Below, piece by piece: positions 43,682 through 53,798 of a DNA stretch of 64,000 nucleotides (position 1 is the stretch's first letter; every line of letters begins with the position of its first letter). Source of the stretch: an uncultured delta proteobacterium (GTDB lineage Bacteria; Myxococcota; Myxococcia; Myxococcales; Myxococcaceae); assembly GCA_963771175.1 (NCBI GenBank), contig CAVYSY010000054.1:32001-96000 (forward strand). The letters are read 5' to 3'. The notes beneath the pieces are model-generated. The model was not told the origin of the DNA and ran no database searches. It was given only the letters and a program-made list of their open reading frames with translations. Both the position numbers and the translations under genes were made by a program.

Positions 43682-44374
43682 CTACTTTCGTTCCACGTAC
43701 TCTTCAAGCACCGCCCGCAGCTTCGAGCGCGCCCGATGCAGGAGCACGCGCTGGTTGGTCTCGGAGATGCCCAACACGCTACACACCTCATTGGAGTCGA
43801 GACCGTCGATGTCCCGAAGGGTCACCACGACGCGCTGGTTCGCAGGCAGCGCCGCGATCTCCTCCTCCAATCGCCGCAGCGCCTGTTTTCTTATCAAGAT
43901 CTTGTCCGACGTGTCGTCTTCCCACCGACCCGGTGGGAGTCTCCACATCCCATTCGACTGAAACCGCGCTGGATCTACGGCGGGCTCGTACTCGCCAGAG
44001 GGATCCGCCAGGCCCGAGAACGACACCGTGCGACTCTCGCGCTCCCCGCGCGTCTTCGCCCGGTTGGTGAGGATGCGGAAGATCCACGTCTTGAGCGTCG
44101 AGCGGCCCTCGAACGTAGCCAGTCCGTCGAGGACGCCCACCCAGGTTTCCTGAACGACCTCCTCGGCCACTGCGCGGTTGGGGGTGAAGACGAGGGCCAG
44201 ACGAAGGAGGGGCCCATGGTAGCGATCGATCAACTCCGAGAATGCCCGCTCGTCTCGCGCACGAAGACGCTCGACCAGGGCAAGGTCGCCCGCGGCCGGA
44301 ACGTCCGCCATGGGCACCGTGTCCTGCTCGGTGGCGACACCGCCGGGAGCGGCCATTTTCGCTCGGTCACTCAT
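43682..44374 (-). CDS. ECF RNA polymerase sigma factor (start uncertain)
   Basis: DERAFSELI, AEEVVQETW, STLKTWIFRILTNRA, region 4 ISETNQRVLLHRARSKLR. Confidence 0.92.
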   Translation of the reverse strand: MSDRAKMAAPGGVATEQDTVPMADVPAAGDLALVERLRARDERAFSELIDRYHGPLLRLALVFTPNRAVAEEVVQETWVGVLDGLATFEGRSTLKTWIFRILTNRAKTRGERESRTVSFSGLADPSGEYEPAVDPARFQSNGMWRLPPGRWEDDTSDKILIRKQALRRLEEEIAALPANQRVVVTLRDIDGLDSNEVCSVLGISETNQRVLLHRARSKLRAVLEEYVERK

Positions 44375-44471
44375 GCAAGCCTCACAGGCCCGCCAGGACC
44401 GTCCTCCTTCTAAAGACCGTGTGGCCCAGGCTAGCGCGAAGCGTGCGCTCTCGTCCATGTTCCCCTCCCCA

Positions 44472-44590
44472 TGTAACGGACGGCGCGTTGCCGTGACTGT
44501 GCGGCATGAACACGAGCGTGCGGGGGCGCGGGCCGCGCCGGCGCTTGAGATGCTTACGTGTGTAACGGTTGGAGGGCTCCGAGGACAGTG
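44472..44590 (+). promoter_or_regulatory. Two candidate ECF promoters TGTAAC-N17-GACNGTG (44472-44501, 44561-44590); third copy on the minus strand at 43385-43414
   Basis: Three copies with identical 17-nt spacing flanking the ECF/anti-sigma pair. Confidence 0.65.
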
Positions 44591-44668
44591 AGGTGTGGCC
44601 CAATTCCTGAGCCGCTCGTTGTCGCCTCTCGGCGATGAACCAATGCCAGTTCCATCAGATAGGACATC

Positions 44669-45157
44669 ATGAAGAATTTCGTGCGACGCAGTGTTCTCCC
44701 CCTGCTGCTTGCAGTCACGCCAATGGTGGGTTGTGGTCCCAGCCAAGGCGCGCCGGACATGGGCGAAAGCGGCGATGACCTCGCCGAGCTCGGGGCTGCC
44801 CTGGTTACCCAGAATCAGGTCCCGGGCATCTACAACGCCACGTTGAAGCGCGTTCGAATCAAGACGTGCACCGCGGGAGGCTTCTGCTCCGTCACCACCG
44901 AGGAGAGAGCCGCATCCGCGGTCTTCACCCTCAACACGGATGGGACCTATTCCTGCACCGGTGCGGACTGCTTCCTGACCTCGGGGACCTGGGCGTTCCC
45001 GCCCTTCGGTGACTGGCGGTACCTCTCCTTCTCCAACGGGGGAGCCAAGGTGGGCGAGGCGCTCCTCGGGGTGCCGTCCCTGACGGTCTACTCGGGGACG
45101 ACCGCACCGAACATCACCGGGGTGTACGTGGACTACGTGTACGCCGTCCACCGCTAA
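44669..45157 (+). CDS. Hypothetical lipoprotein
   Basis: AGGA RBS, MKNFVRRSVLPLLLAVTPMVGC lipobox, acidic linker, beta-rich Cys-paired domain. Confidence 0.75.
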   Translation: MKNFVRRSVLPLLLAVTPMVGCGPSQGAPDMGESGDDLAELGAALVTQNQVPGIYNATLKRVRIKTCTAGGFCSVTTEERAASAVFTLNTDGTYSCTGADCFLTSGTWAFPPFGDWRYLSFSNGGAKVGEALLGVPSLTVYSGTTAPNITGVYVDYVYAVHR

Positions 45158-45236
45158 GGGTTGCCACACCGGGTTCCCCCACGGCCTCTACACCGGCCCT
45201 GCCTCGGCACCTGGCATGACGCGATCGCCCCGGACA

Positions 45237-45296
45237 GGTGTCAAAGGACTCCTTCCGTTTCGAAGCCTTTGACACCCTATTTCGACACCCTATTTC
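45237..45296. repeat. REP-like element copy 3
   Basis: GGTGTCAAAGG...CCTTTGACACC 11-bp inverted repeat plus tandem GACACCCTATTTC x2. Confidence 0.65.
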
Positions 45297-46702
45297 TTCA
45301 GGTCGAGCAGGAAGATGTCGCTCTCCCCGTGCGGGGTCAGCATGCCCGTTCCGAAGTCCACCGGTGCGTGGAAGTCCCCGAGGACGGTGCTCTCTCCCTT
45401 GCGATTCACGGCGATGTCCATGGGACGCACGAAGTCCGAGGCGTAGCCACGCACCCACCGGAGGTCTCCGTCGTCACTGTCGAACCGGGCGACGAACAGG
45501 TTGTCCTTGCTGCCCGGCCGGCCCTCCGGGCGTTTCGAGCCGATGCGGTCACCGGTCTCGTAGGTGCCCGTCACCACCACCCCGTTGCCATCATCCATGC
45601 CGAGGGCGCGCCCCGTATGCCCGAAGTGTCTCACCCAGCACTCGTCGCCATCCCGCTCGTAGGCGACGAGGAAGGCGTCATCCCCGCGGCCCGCACGCAC
45701 CGTGTGCCCGCGGAACGGGAAGCTCTCGAAGAAGGAGCCGGTCATCACCACTCGGTTGTCCTGGACGGCCACGTCCGCCGCCACCCCCTTGGCGCCCACC
45801 AGACGCCGTGTCCAGCGGAGGGCGCCTCGTGGCGAGTACTTGCGCAGGAGCGGATCCCCCACCGCCTCGATGGTGACGTGGGTGCCGCTGACGTAGAGGT
45901 TGTCATGTTCGTCCACCGCCAGACCGACATCCAAGGTGCCCAGCTCGCGGTCGAGGGTGCTCCAGAGCGACTCACCCTCGGACGAGAGCTTCACGAGGAA
46001 GCCCGAGGAGCCCTCGGCGTCAAGGGGCCCCTGTCCGAAATCCACGACTCCGTTGTACCAGCCGGTCACGGCGATGTTGCCGGCCCTGTCCGTCACGACC
46101 CGTGTCGCATTGAGGAAGCCCGTGCCGGGGAATCCGCGCGCCCAGAGGAAGCGGCCCTCGCTGTCGAGCTTCACTACGTAGCGCTCGAATGACAGAGGGC
46201 CACCGCCGTAATCGATGGTCGAGTCATTGCCGAGGTAGCCCGCGAGCACGATGTTGCGCTCCTTGTCGACCGCCACCGTCCTCACGTTCGTGAAGGCGCT
46301 GATGAAGGGACCGGGTGGCACAGGAGTGAAGATGCGGAACCACAGCAGCCCGCCATCGGGGCGGTACTTCGCCAGTGCGATGCTGAAGGTTCCATCGGGC
46401 GGCCCGAGGATGGGACCGGTGCCGAAGTCGATGCTCCCGGAGAACTCTGTCAGCACCACGAGGTTCCCATCCGCGTCCCGGACGACGGCGATGGCACGCT
46501 CGTCACCCGTCCCGTCGATGACCCGGACCCAACGGGTCGCGCCGCGCTGGGACGGTGTGGCCCGGCTGGCTTCGAGCTCGGGCTCCTGCTCCGGGAGTGC
46601 TCCGGTTTCCAGGGGCCCTCCGGTTTCCAGGGGCCCTCCGCACGCCAGGCCCACCGCGACCACCCATCCCCATACACCCATCCACCTGGCCCACCGTTTC
46701 AT
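45290..46702 (-). CDS. Beta-propeller (SBBP-like repeat) lipoprotein
   Basis: GGAGG RBS, lipobox GLAC, repeats of AVDxxGNxxxxG...FLVKLxxxGxxLW. Confidence 0.82.
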   Translation of the reverse strand: MKRWARWMGVWGWVVAVGLACGGPLETGGPLETGALPEQEPELEASRATPSQRGATRWVRVIDGTGDERAIAVVRDADGNLVVLTEFSGSIDFGTGPILGPPDGTFSIALAKYRPDGGLLWFRIFTPVPPGPFISAFTNVRTVAVDKERNIVLAGYLGNDSTIDYGGGPLSFERYVVKLDSEGRFLWARGFPGTGFLNATRVVTDRAGNIAVTGWYNGVVDFGQGPLDAEGSSGFLVKLSSEGESLWSTLDRELGTLDVGLAVDEHDNLYVSGTHVTIEAVGDPLLRKYSPRGALRWTRRLVGAKGVAADVAVQDNRVVMTGSFFESFPFRGHTVRAGRGDDAFLVAYERDGDECWVRHFGHTGRALGMDDGNGVVVTGTYETGDRIGSKRPEGRPGSKDNLFVARFDSDDGDLRWVRGYASDFVRPMDIAVNRKGESTVLGDFHAPVDFGTGMLTPHGESDIFLLDLKK

Positions 46703-47061
46703 CCTTCCTCCCTCCTCGACGGGCCCGAAGCAGGCCCATGCAAGGGTTGTGCACGGCCAGGAGGCAGAGAAGTGGACGCGAGGGAGGTACAAACGCCGCA
46801 TCCAAGACCCGAGCCGGGTCTGAAGATGGGGAGGGAGCCCACCTTCCTATCCTGGCAAGCATCGGCCGGCCCGGGGCAGGCAGGCTCACGGGACAGGGTG
46901 AACGCTCTCCTCTCGCATCCCTGACTGGGCAGGGAGCGTCCGTCATCGTTGAGATTCAGGCTGACCGGAGTCGGCGCCTCGGCGCGGAGCAGCCGGCATG
47001 CAGGCCATGAGACCTGAACGCCAGAGGCGCTTCCCTCAGCTCATGCTCGAGCGCGGAGCAA

Positions 47062-47685
47062 CTAGCAGGGGCCGGGGCCGGCGTGGACGCCGGTCTTCAC
47101 GCGCCCCTTGAAGATGCCGAGCGCCGCCGCGAAGCCGGTCACGCGCACCTTGCTGTAGCCGCTGACCTGTCCGCCGACGTTGAACCGGAGCGAGCAGTAG
47201 GCCGGCCAGCAGAGCCCGTTGCAGACGGCGGGGTGCCAGACGCCGGTGGTGGAGACGCTCCCCAGCGGCACCCACGAGCCGTTGTAGCCCCAGGCGTAGC
47301 CGGTGATGGCGATGCCCTCGCAGGAGCTCTCGGTCGTGATCGTCGAGGCCGGTACCGCCTCGACGAAGGCCTGGAAGGGCCGGCCGTTGACCTGCTGCAC
47401 CTCGGTGACGAACTTGTTGGCGCACAGCGGCTGGTCATAGGTGCCGTCGTTGGACGTGGCCGCGCTGTCCGCGTAGCCGCAGTTGGGGCTGTAGAAGGTG
47501 ACCGCCGCGCCGTCGGGCTGGGCCAGGCTCACCGCGCTGTCGGTGCAGGACTCGTAGAGGGCCTGCTCCCGGGTCTCCAGGAGCTCGTCCTGGGCCAGGA
47601 GCTGCTCCTCCTCCGTGGGCGCGCCGCACGCGGCCAGGAGCTGGGTTGCTGCGAGGAGGAGGAGGGAGGGGAGGGTGCGCTTCAT
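47062..47685 (-). CDS. Hypothetical Cys-rich lipoprotein
   Basis: AAGGAG RBS, LLAAC lipobox, ETREQAL linker typical of myxobacterial lipoproteins. Confidence 0.78.
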   Translation of the reverse strand: MKRTLPSLLLLAATQLLAACGAPTEEEQLLAQDELLETREQALYESCTDSAVSLAQPDGAAVTFYSPNCGYADSAATSNDGTYDQPLCANKFVTEVQQVNGRPFQAFVEAVPASTITTESSCEGIAITGYAWGYNGSWVPLGSVSTTGVWHPAVCNGLCWPAYCSLRFNVGGQVSGYSKVRVTGFAAALGIFKGRVKTGVHAGPGPC

Positions 47686-47814
47686 GTGGGCAACTCCTTC
47701 GTCATGTCGGGTAGTGAGTGGCTGCACCCTGGTAACGGAGTGGGTCGCGCATCTTCCCGCGCCCATTTTCGGGCGGATTTTCCCGGGCCGGCGCTTCATC
47801 GCCCTCGTTTAGAC

Positions 47815-50612
47815 TCAGGGCATGCTGTTGGGATCCGCTGGGTTGCTGCCCGCGGCCCGCTCGTCTCCGTCGAGCACCCCGTCGAGGTCACGATCTACGC
47901 CGATGCGCTGTCCAGACCCCAGGGGCGTGCAGGTATAGGTCAGCACCCCTTTGCCCGCGACAACGAGCGTGCTCAGGGCCGCGTCGGAGATCGGGGGCAC
48001 GGCCTCTCGGTCGCTCTTGAACTGCCCGCCTCCCAGGTAGAGGAACCCCACCTCGTGCTGGGCGAGGCGGCCCTTGGCGACCAGCTCGCACTCGCCCGCC
48101 TCCGCGCGGTCCTTCAGCAAGTGGATGCGGGGCGCCGCGGCCGCATGGTTGTCAGCCGTGAGCGTCACCTGCTGGCCGACGATGGGCGCCAGGTTGCTGT
48201 CGAACGCCAGCATGAACTGCTCCATGTCCCGCTTGGCTTGGACGCCCGCGGGCGTGTGCGGGATGCCGACGGGGTTCAGTGGGCTCTCATCGAACAGGCT
48301 GTTGAACCGGAACAGGTCCGGGATGGTGCCGTCGTGGTTGAAGCCAAAGCCGCGGATCTGCTCCCCGAGGAAGGGATCGGGCCCGAGCGTGTTGGTGGTG
48401 AAGCCCGCGCCGAACATGCCGACCTTCTGGTACATGTTGCGCAGGTGCGGGACCTTGAGGAACTGCGGCTCCCCGTCGAAGGACGAGCGGCCGTCCGTCC
48501 CGAAGAAGCCGGCGAAAGCTCCCTCCCCTGGGTTGGCATGTGGATCGACCCGGTGGCAGGTCTCGCACGAGCCCTGCGGATCGACCGTGGTCCCGAAGAA
48601 GAAGTCCCGCCCTGCCTGCTGAGCAGGTGTGAGCGAGTTATCGAGGTTCCGGATCGGGTTGGGCGGGTAGGTGAGCTGGAGGATGAAGTCGGTGAACTGC
48701 TGCATCTCCGCGTCGGAGAGCTGCGCGGACCGCCCGAGCAAGCTCACGAAGGTGGGGTTGAACTTCTTGAACGCGGCGGCCTCGTCGAAGGCCCCGCTGT
48801 TCGGCTGGGAGCTGGGCGCATCGTTGCCACCGGTGCGGTCGCCGCGCCAGTGCATCGGGCCGTGGTTGGCCATGCCACGCAGGCTCTGCGTCGTCATCGG
48901 CCCCTTCAGCGGGTGGAAATCGGGGTCAAAGCCGAACAGGGGATCGTCGCCGAACGGAGGCAGCGGCGGGACGAAGGGGCCCGGGTTGTTCAGCACGGCG
49001 CCGTCCGGATCGCCCAGGTCCCACGCCAGGCTGTCGAAGTCGCCGAAGATGTGGCAGCTGCCGCAGGACGAGTCACCGTGGCTGGAGCTGCGCCGCGCGT
49101 CGTACAGGAAGGGCCGCCCCGCCACCACGCTGGGGGGCTCGGGGTTGTACATCGGCACGTGAGCCAGCTCGCCGCGCGTGGCGGTGTCGATGATGGAGAT
49201 GGCGTTGTCGAAGCGCGTCAGCACGTACAGGCGCCCGCGGGCCTCGTCCAGCACCATGCCGGTAGGGCCGCCGCCGCTCAGGAGAATCTGGTTGGCCGGG
49301 CCAGGCACGAAGGTGTCGGCCTCGAGCGCGGCGGTGGAGTAGACGCCCAGCCTGGACGAGCCGAAGGCGGCTACGTAGAGGGTGGCGCCGTCTGGAAGTG
49401 ACCGCCATGCCGAGCGGCTGCGCCAGGCTCTTCTCACTCTCCGCATTGGGGAGCGGGGCGCAGCACGTGCCGTAGTCGATGTGCTTGTTGAGGTGGCGCG
49501 GGGTGACGCCCGCGGGGCTCAGCACGGTGATGCGGCTCTCGTGCAGATGCCCCCGGAGCGTGCTGCCGCCGAAGAGGCCCGCGCCCTCGAAGCGCAAGTC
49601 GTTACGCGCCTCGGTATTGCTGACGTACACCTTCCCGTTCACCGGGTTGACGACCATGTTGAACAGCACCGTGCCCACGCCGGAGTAGAAACCACCTGGG
49701 CCCGCGAGCTGCGCCGGCGGATTGGCGTTGGCGTCGATGACGAACACGTCCTTGTCCGGCAGGGAGAACTTCACCTGGTCATCCCACGGGCGGTTCAGCA
49801 CGTCGACCCAGTGCTCGCCGTTGAACTTGACGATGAGCCCCACCTCGGGCGCTGGCACCCCCGCGAGGTTGGTGTTCGGTCCGGGCACGCCGCCGGCTGC
49901 CTCGCCGCCATCGGGCACCTGCAATTCGCTGAGCACCGTGGTGCGATTTCCAGAGTGGAACGCGGCTGCGTAGACACGCGAGCCGTCCGGCGTCACCGCG
50001 AGTGCTCGGGGCGTGTCGCTGAAGAGGGTGAGGATCGTGAGCGGGCTGCCCCCGAGCGAGGTGCCCAGGTGGGCGGCATCGAATATCCAGACATCGGCCC
50101 GGCCGATGCCCGGCGTGGTGAGCTGCGGATCAAAGGGAGCGTTCTGGCCACGGTGGGCGGTCGTGATGAAGGCGCGGCTCTTCCCGGGCCCGGCGAAGAC
50201 GATGTCCCGAGGCTCGTCGCCCACGAGCAGGGTCCGCACGACGCGTCCGCTTCTCTCCGCTCGGGCTGAGCCGCACGACGCTGACGCTGTCGGACAGGTG
50301 ATTGACAACCCAGACCTCCTCGTTGCTCCGGGCCGCGACGGCGACCGGCTCGAGCCCGACGGGCACCGAGGCGCGGTGACGGAGGCCTGGGGTTCCGACC
50401 TGGAAGACCTCGAGGCGGTTGTCGGGTGTATTGACGGCGAAGAGGAGCTTGCCATCCGGCGAGAGCGCGAGCGGGCGGACCTGGCCGCTCTCGAAGAGCG
50501 TGAAGGACGGTGCCACCGAGGGCACACCGCTCGCTGAAGAGCAGATGAATAACGCCGCGATGAGAATGGATTTGGAGATGGCCTGGCTGGCCATCCTCGT
50601 CAGTGCTGTCAT
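47815..50612 (-). CDS. Secreted YncE/YVTN-like beta-propeller + di-heme cytochrome c (peroxidase-like) protein, frameshifts near 50250 and 49395
   Basis: [69 protein letters not shown]-terminal DRDLDGVLD. Confidence 0.85.
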
Positions 50613-50769
50613 GATTTCCCCCGTGGCGTTGGTCACTGAGAAGCTCAGTCACCTGCGATGCTGCTGGCCACCTGGGGACGTCTACCGGATGCAAGGTTCG
50701 GAGGGACCAGCCCCTCGGGGCAGGTCCATTCACGATGTTGGCCGTGAAGCGGAATCCTTGGAGCGCAGT

Positions 50770-51675
50770 TCAGAAGCTCAAGCCGATGCCGGCGAACGGG
50801 CCGCCCATCCTGTCCCGGTGCCGCTCCCCGTCCAGGAGGCCGCGATCATCCAGCAGTAGCCCGCGCCAGCCTCCGCGCAGGGTCAGCATGCCCAGGTGGA
50901 CCGCCAGGCCGAGCTGTCCGTCCAGTTGCAGGTGGGGGAAGGGCACCCACTGCATTCGGCCCTCCAGGTCCAGCGCGCCGAACAGGCACCGCTCGAAGGA
51001 CAGGGCCATGTTGGGGCCGATGAAGATGGCGTCCGGTGCGCGCGCCCAGGCGAGACCACCTTCGACCCGGAGTCGGCCCCGCTCGCTCGCGTACGCCGCG
51101 AGTGTCACGTTCGCCTCCGCCAACTGGAGGTGGTCCGTCTCGTCCGAGCCGTCATCCGCGCGCAGGTTCATCGCCGTCAGCCGCGTGGAGACGCCCCAGC
51201 GGCGCCCCTCGAGGCCCAGGCCGAACCCCAGCGCCCCGCCTTCCTTGAGGGCGAGCCCCTCCACTCCCATCCGCACCAGCAACGAGTGGTTGGGCTCATC
51301 CGCCTCCTGCGTCGTCACCCAACGCGAGCGGCGGTAGTACGCGCCCGCGACGGCGGGAACCCATACAGGGCGCGGAATGATGACGGGCCTCACGGAGTCG
51401 GGGTCCGGGTTCTCGTCACCGTTGTTCGAAGGGGCACCGTCCGGCTCCTGTCCCACCGGCGTGGCGCGATGGACCCGACGGCGGGGACTGTCGGTGCGGT
51501 AGGCGTGGAACCTCCACCCCATGGAGCCGCCGGAGACGCGGGCGCCACCGGAAGAAGACGAGCCCCCCGAGGAGCGGGAGCCCCCCGACTTGCCGAAGCG
51601 GGCATCGGCGGCGGCGGGGGTGAAGAAGCACCCGGCCGCCAGCGCGGCACACATCATCTGCCTGGGGGTTGGCAC
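50770..51675 (-). CDS. Hypothetical secreted/outer-membrane beta-barrel-like protein
   Basis: AGGAG RBS before GTG, signal peptide ...AAADARFGK, Gly/Ser linker, alternating beta strands, terminal GIGLSF. Confidence 0.7.
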   Translation of the reverse strand: MPTPRQMMCAALAAGCFFTPAAADARFGKSGGSRSSGGSSSSGGARVSGGSMGWRFHAYRTDSPRRRVHRATPVGQEPDGAPSNNGDENPDPDSVRPVIIPRPVWVPAVAGAYYRRSRWVTTQEADEPNHSLLVRMGVEGLALKEGGALGFGLGLEGRRWGVSTRLTAMNLRADDGSDETDHLQLAEANVTLAAYASERGRLRVEGGLAWARAPDAIFIGPNMALSFERCLFGALDLEGRMQWVPFPHLQLDGQLGLAVHLGMLTLRGGWRGLLLDDRGLLDGERHRDRMGGPFAGIGLSF

Positions 51676-51927
51676 AGGGAGGTCTCCTGGGAAAACGTGC
51701 CAGCTCATCCCAGCATGTTCCCCGCCCGCGTTCCTCCGCTCCTCCGAGGGGTGACACCTGCCCGACAGGTTGATGGCCGGTTCATGAACACAGCCGCGCC
51801 AGTGTTTTCGCAACGTGACGGCTCCGAGGGGATTCCCATTCGCTGAGAAATAATCAGGCCTCGGGTCCCTCCTGACTCGCGCGGCGCGGACGCCCGTGAG
51901 AGCATGGGCGATGGCGGAGGCCCGGCG

Positions 51928-53622
51928 ATGACGATTCGCGCCAAGGTGTTGTTGTTCGCGGCGATGGCCATCGCGCTCGTATGCCTCATGGGCGTTCACC
52001 TCTTCGTCGGCGCTCGCAACGGCCGGGTGATTCGCGAGCATCTCACGGCCACCCAGGGGCAGCTCGACGGCCTGGGCCGGGTGAGTGCCATGGCCTGGCC
52101 CTACCTCAACGAGCTGGTCCAACTGCGGCATGTGACGGGGAGCACCGAGCGCGTGCGGCTCGAGTTGCTGGAGCGGCTGGAGGTGGAGCTGGCATCGCTC
52201 GAGGAGAGCATGACTCGGGAGTGGCGGTTGCTGCCGGAGAGGACTCCCGAGGTCGAGCGGCGCGAGCAGGAGGAGCTCCGGAAGGACCTGTGGCGATGGG
52301 CGGAGCGGGCGGAGGCGCGCGTGAGTTCCATCCCACGGGGCTCGCCGGTCGGCTCCGTGGTGGAGTGGTCGCTGTACACGGAGTTCGAACAGACCGTGGG
52401 CCGGCGCATCGAGGAGATGCGGCACGCGGAGCAGGCCGAGATGGACGTGTTGCGTCTACGGTGGGACGAGAGCGAGCGGACCGGCCAGCAGCTCGCGATG
52501 CTCGTCCCCGCCATCTGCATCGTGCTCGTGCTGGTGCTCGGCTTCGCCATCCTCGTCCCCATGCAGCGCTCGCTCCGGAGGCTCACGGAGGTGGCCGAGC
52601 GCATCGGGCGCGGGGACTTCGATATCCGCACCGCGGTGGCGGGCCACGACGAGTTGGGCACGCTCGCGCGCGCCTTCGACCGCATGGCCGGCGAGCTCCG
52701 GACGATGCTCGACGAGAAGCAACGGCTGATACGGGCCGAGGCCGAGTCCTCCGAGCGCGAGGCCCGCCGCTACCACGCCCTGCTGGAGGGGATGGTGCTC
52801 GCGCGCACCGCGGATCTCGGCGAGGCCAACGCCCGGCTGCAGGAGAGCCTCCAGCAGCTCCAGGAGGCCCAGGAGCAGCTCCTCTTCGCGGATCGGCTCG
52901 CCTCCGTGGGGCGGCTCGCCGCGGGCGTGGCGCATGAGATCAACAACCCGCTCTCCTTCATCCTCAGCAACCTGCGCTTCGCCCGGGGCGAGCTGCGGGA
53001 CCTGGTGAGTGCGCCCTCCGAGGAGGACCGGCAGGAGTTGCTGTCGGCGCTCGACGAGGCGCATGAGGGCGCCGAGCGGGTCCGCTTCATCGTGCAGGAC
53101 CTCAAGACGCTGTCGCGGCCGGATGACGTGGCGCTCAGCGCGGTGAGCCTGGAGTCGGTGGTACGCAGCGCGGCCAAGATGGCGCACCACGAGGTGCGCG
53201 ACCGCGCGCGGCTGGTGCAGGAGTGCGACGGGGTGCCTCCGGTGCGCGCCAACGCGGCACGGCTGGGTCAGGTGTTCCTCAACCTCTTCCTCAACGCGGC
53301 GCATGCCATCGACCCGGGCCGCGAGAGGGAGAACGAGATTCGCGTGGTGGCCCGCGTCTCCTCTCCGGGCCGGGTCACCGTGGAGGTGCGCGACACCGGC
53401 TCCGGCATTCCGGCCGAGCACCTCGGGCGCGTCTTCGAACCGTTCTTCACCACCAAGCCCATCGGCATGGGCACGGGGCTGGGGCTGCCGGTGTGCCATC
53501 GCATCATCACCGCGCTCGGCGGGGAGATTCGCGTCGAGAGCGAGGTGGGGCGCGGCACCACCTTCTTCATCACCCTGCCCGCGGCCGAGGACTCCGGCAC
53601 TCCCGCGCAGTCGGCGGCCTGA
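51928..53622 (+). CDS. HAMP-domain sensor histidine kinase (orphan)
   Basis: Two TMs, HAMP (DELGTLARAFDRM), H-box AHEINNPL, N/G boxes, FEPFFTTKP, GTGLGL. Confidence 0.95.
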   Translation: MTIRAKVLLFAAMAIALVCLMGVHLFVGARNGRVIREHLTATQGQLDGLGRVSAMAWPYLNELVQLRHVTGSTERVRLELLERLEVELASLEESMTREWRLLPERTPEVERREQEELRKDLWRWAERAEARVSSIPRGSPVGSVVEWSLYTEFEQTVGRRIEEMRHAEQAEMDVLRLRWDESERTGQQLAMLVPAICIVLVLVLGFAILVPMQRSLRRLTEVAERIGRGDFDIRTAVAGHDELGTLARAFDRMAGELRTMLDEKQRLIRAEAESSEREARRYHALLEGMVLARTADLGEANARLQESLQQLQEAQEQLLFADRLASVGRLAAGVAHEINNPLSFILSNLRFARGELRDLVSAPSEEDRQELLSALDEAHEGAERVRFIVQDLKTLSRPDDVALSAVSLESVVRSAAKMAHHEVRDRARLVQECDGVPPVRANAARLGQVFLNLFLNAAHAIDPGRERENEIRVVARVSSPGRVTVEVRDTGSGIPAEHLGRVFEPFFTTKPIGMGTGLGLPVCHRIITALGGEIRVESEVGRGTTFFITLPAAEDSGTPAQSAA

Positions 53623-53798
53623 GCAGGACGGCGGCGCGGGCCGGCGCGTGTTGGCCGTCGGACGTACGGCGGGTGCAAGGGCTTTCCGAGCGCAAACTGT
53701 TCAACGCTCGCACGCGTGAAATTCCTCACGCCCCCAGCGTCGGGAAACCGGCATCCCCATGCTGTCGTCGCAAGTCGTCCAACACATGGAGGTCACGG

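Noticed and set aside
46602..46640. 18-nt tandem duplication (GGPLET x2)
   Set aside because: Simple in-frame slippage in a lipoprotein linker.
47083..49401. Long antisense/alternate-frame ORFs (e.g. 772 aa here, 752 aa at 60246, 709 aa at 22315)
   Set aside because: Shadow ORFs expected from high-GC codon bias opposite well-supported genes; no recognisable motifs.
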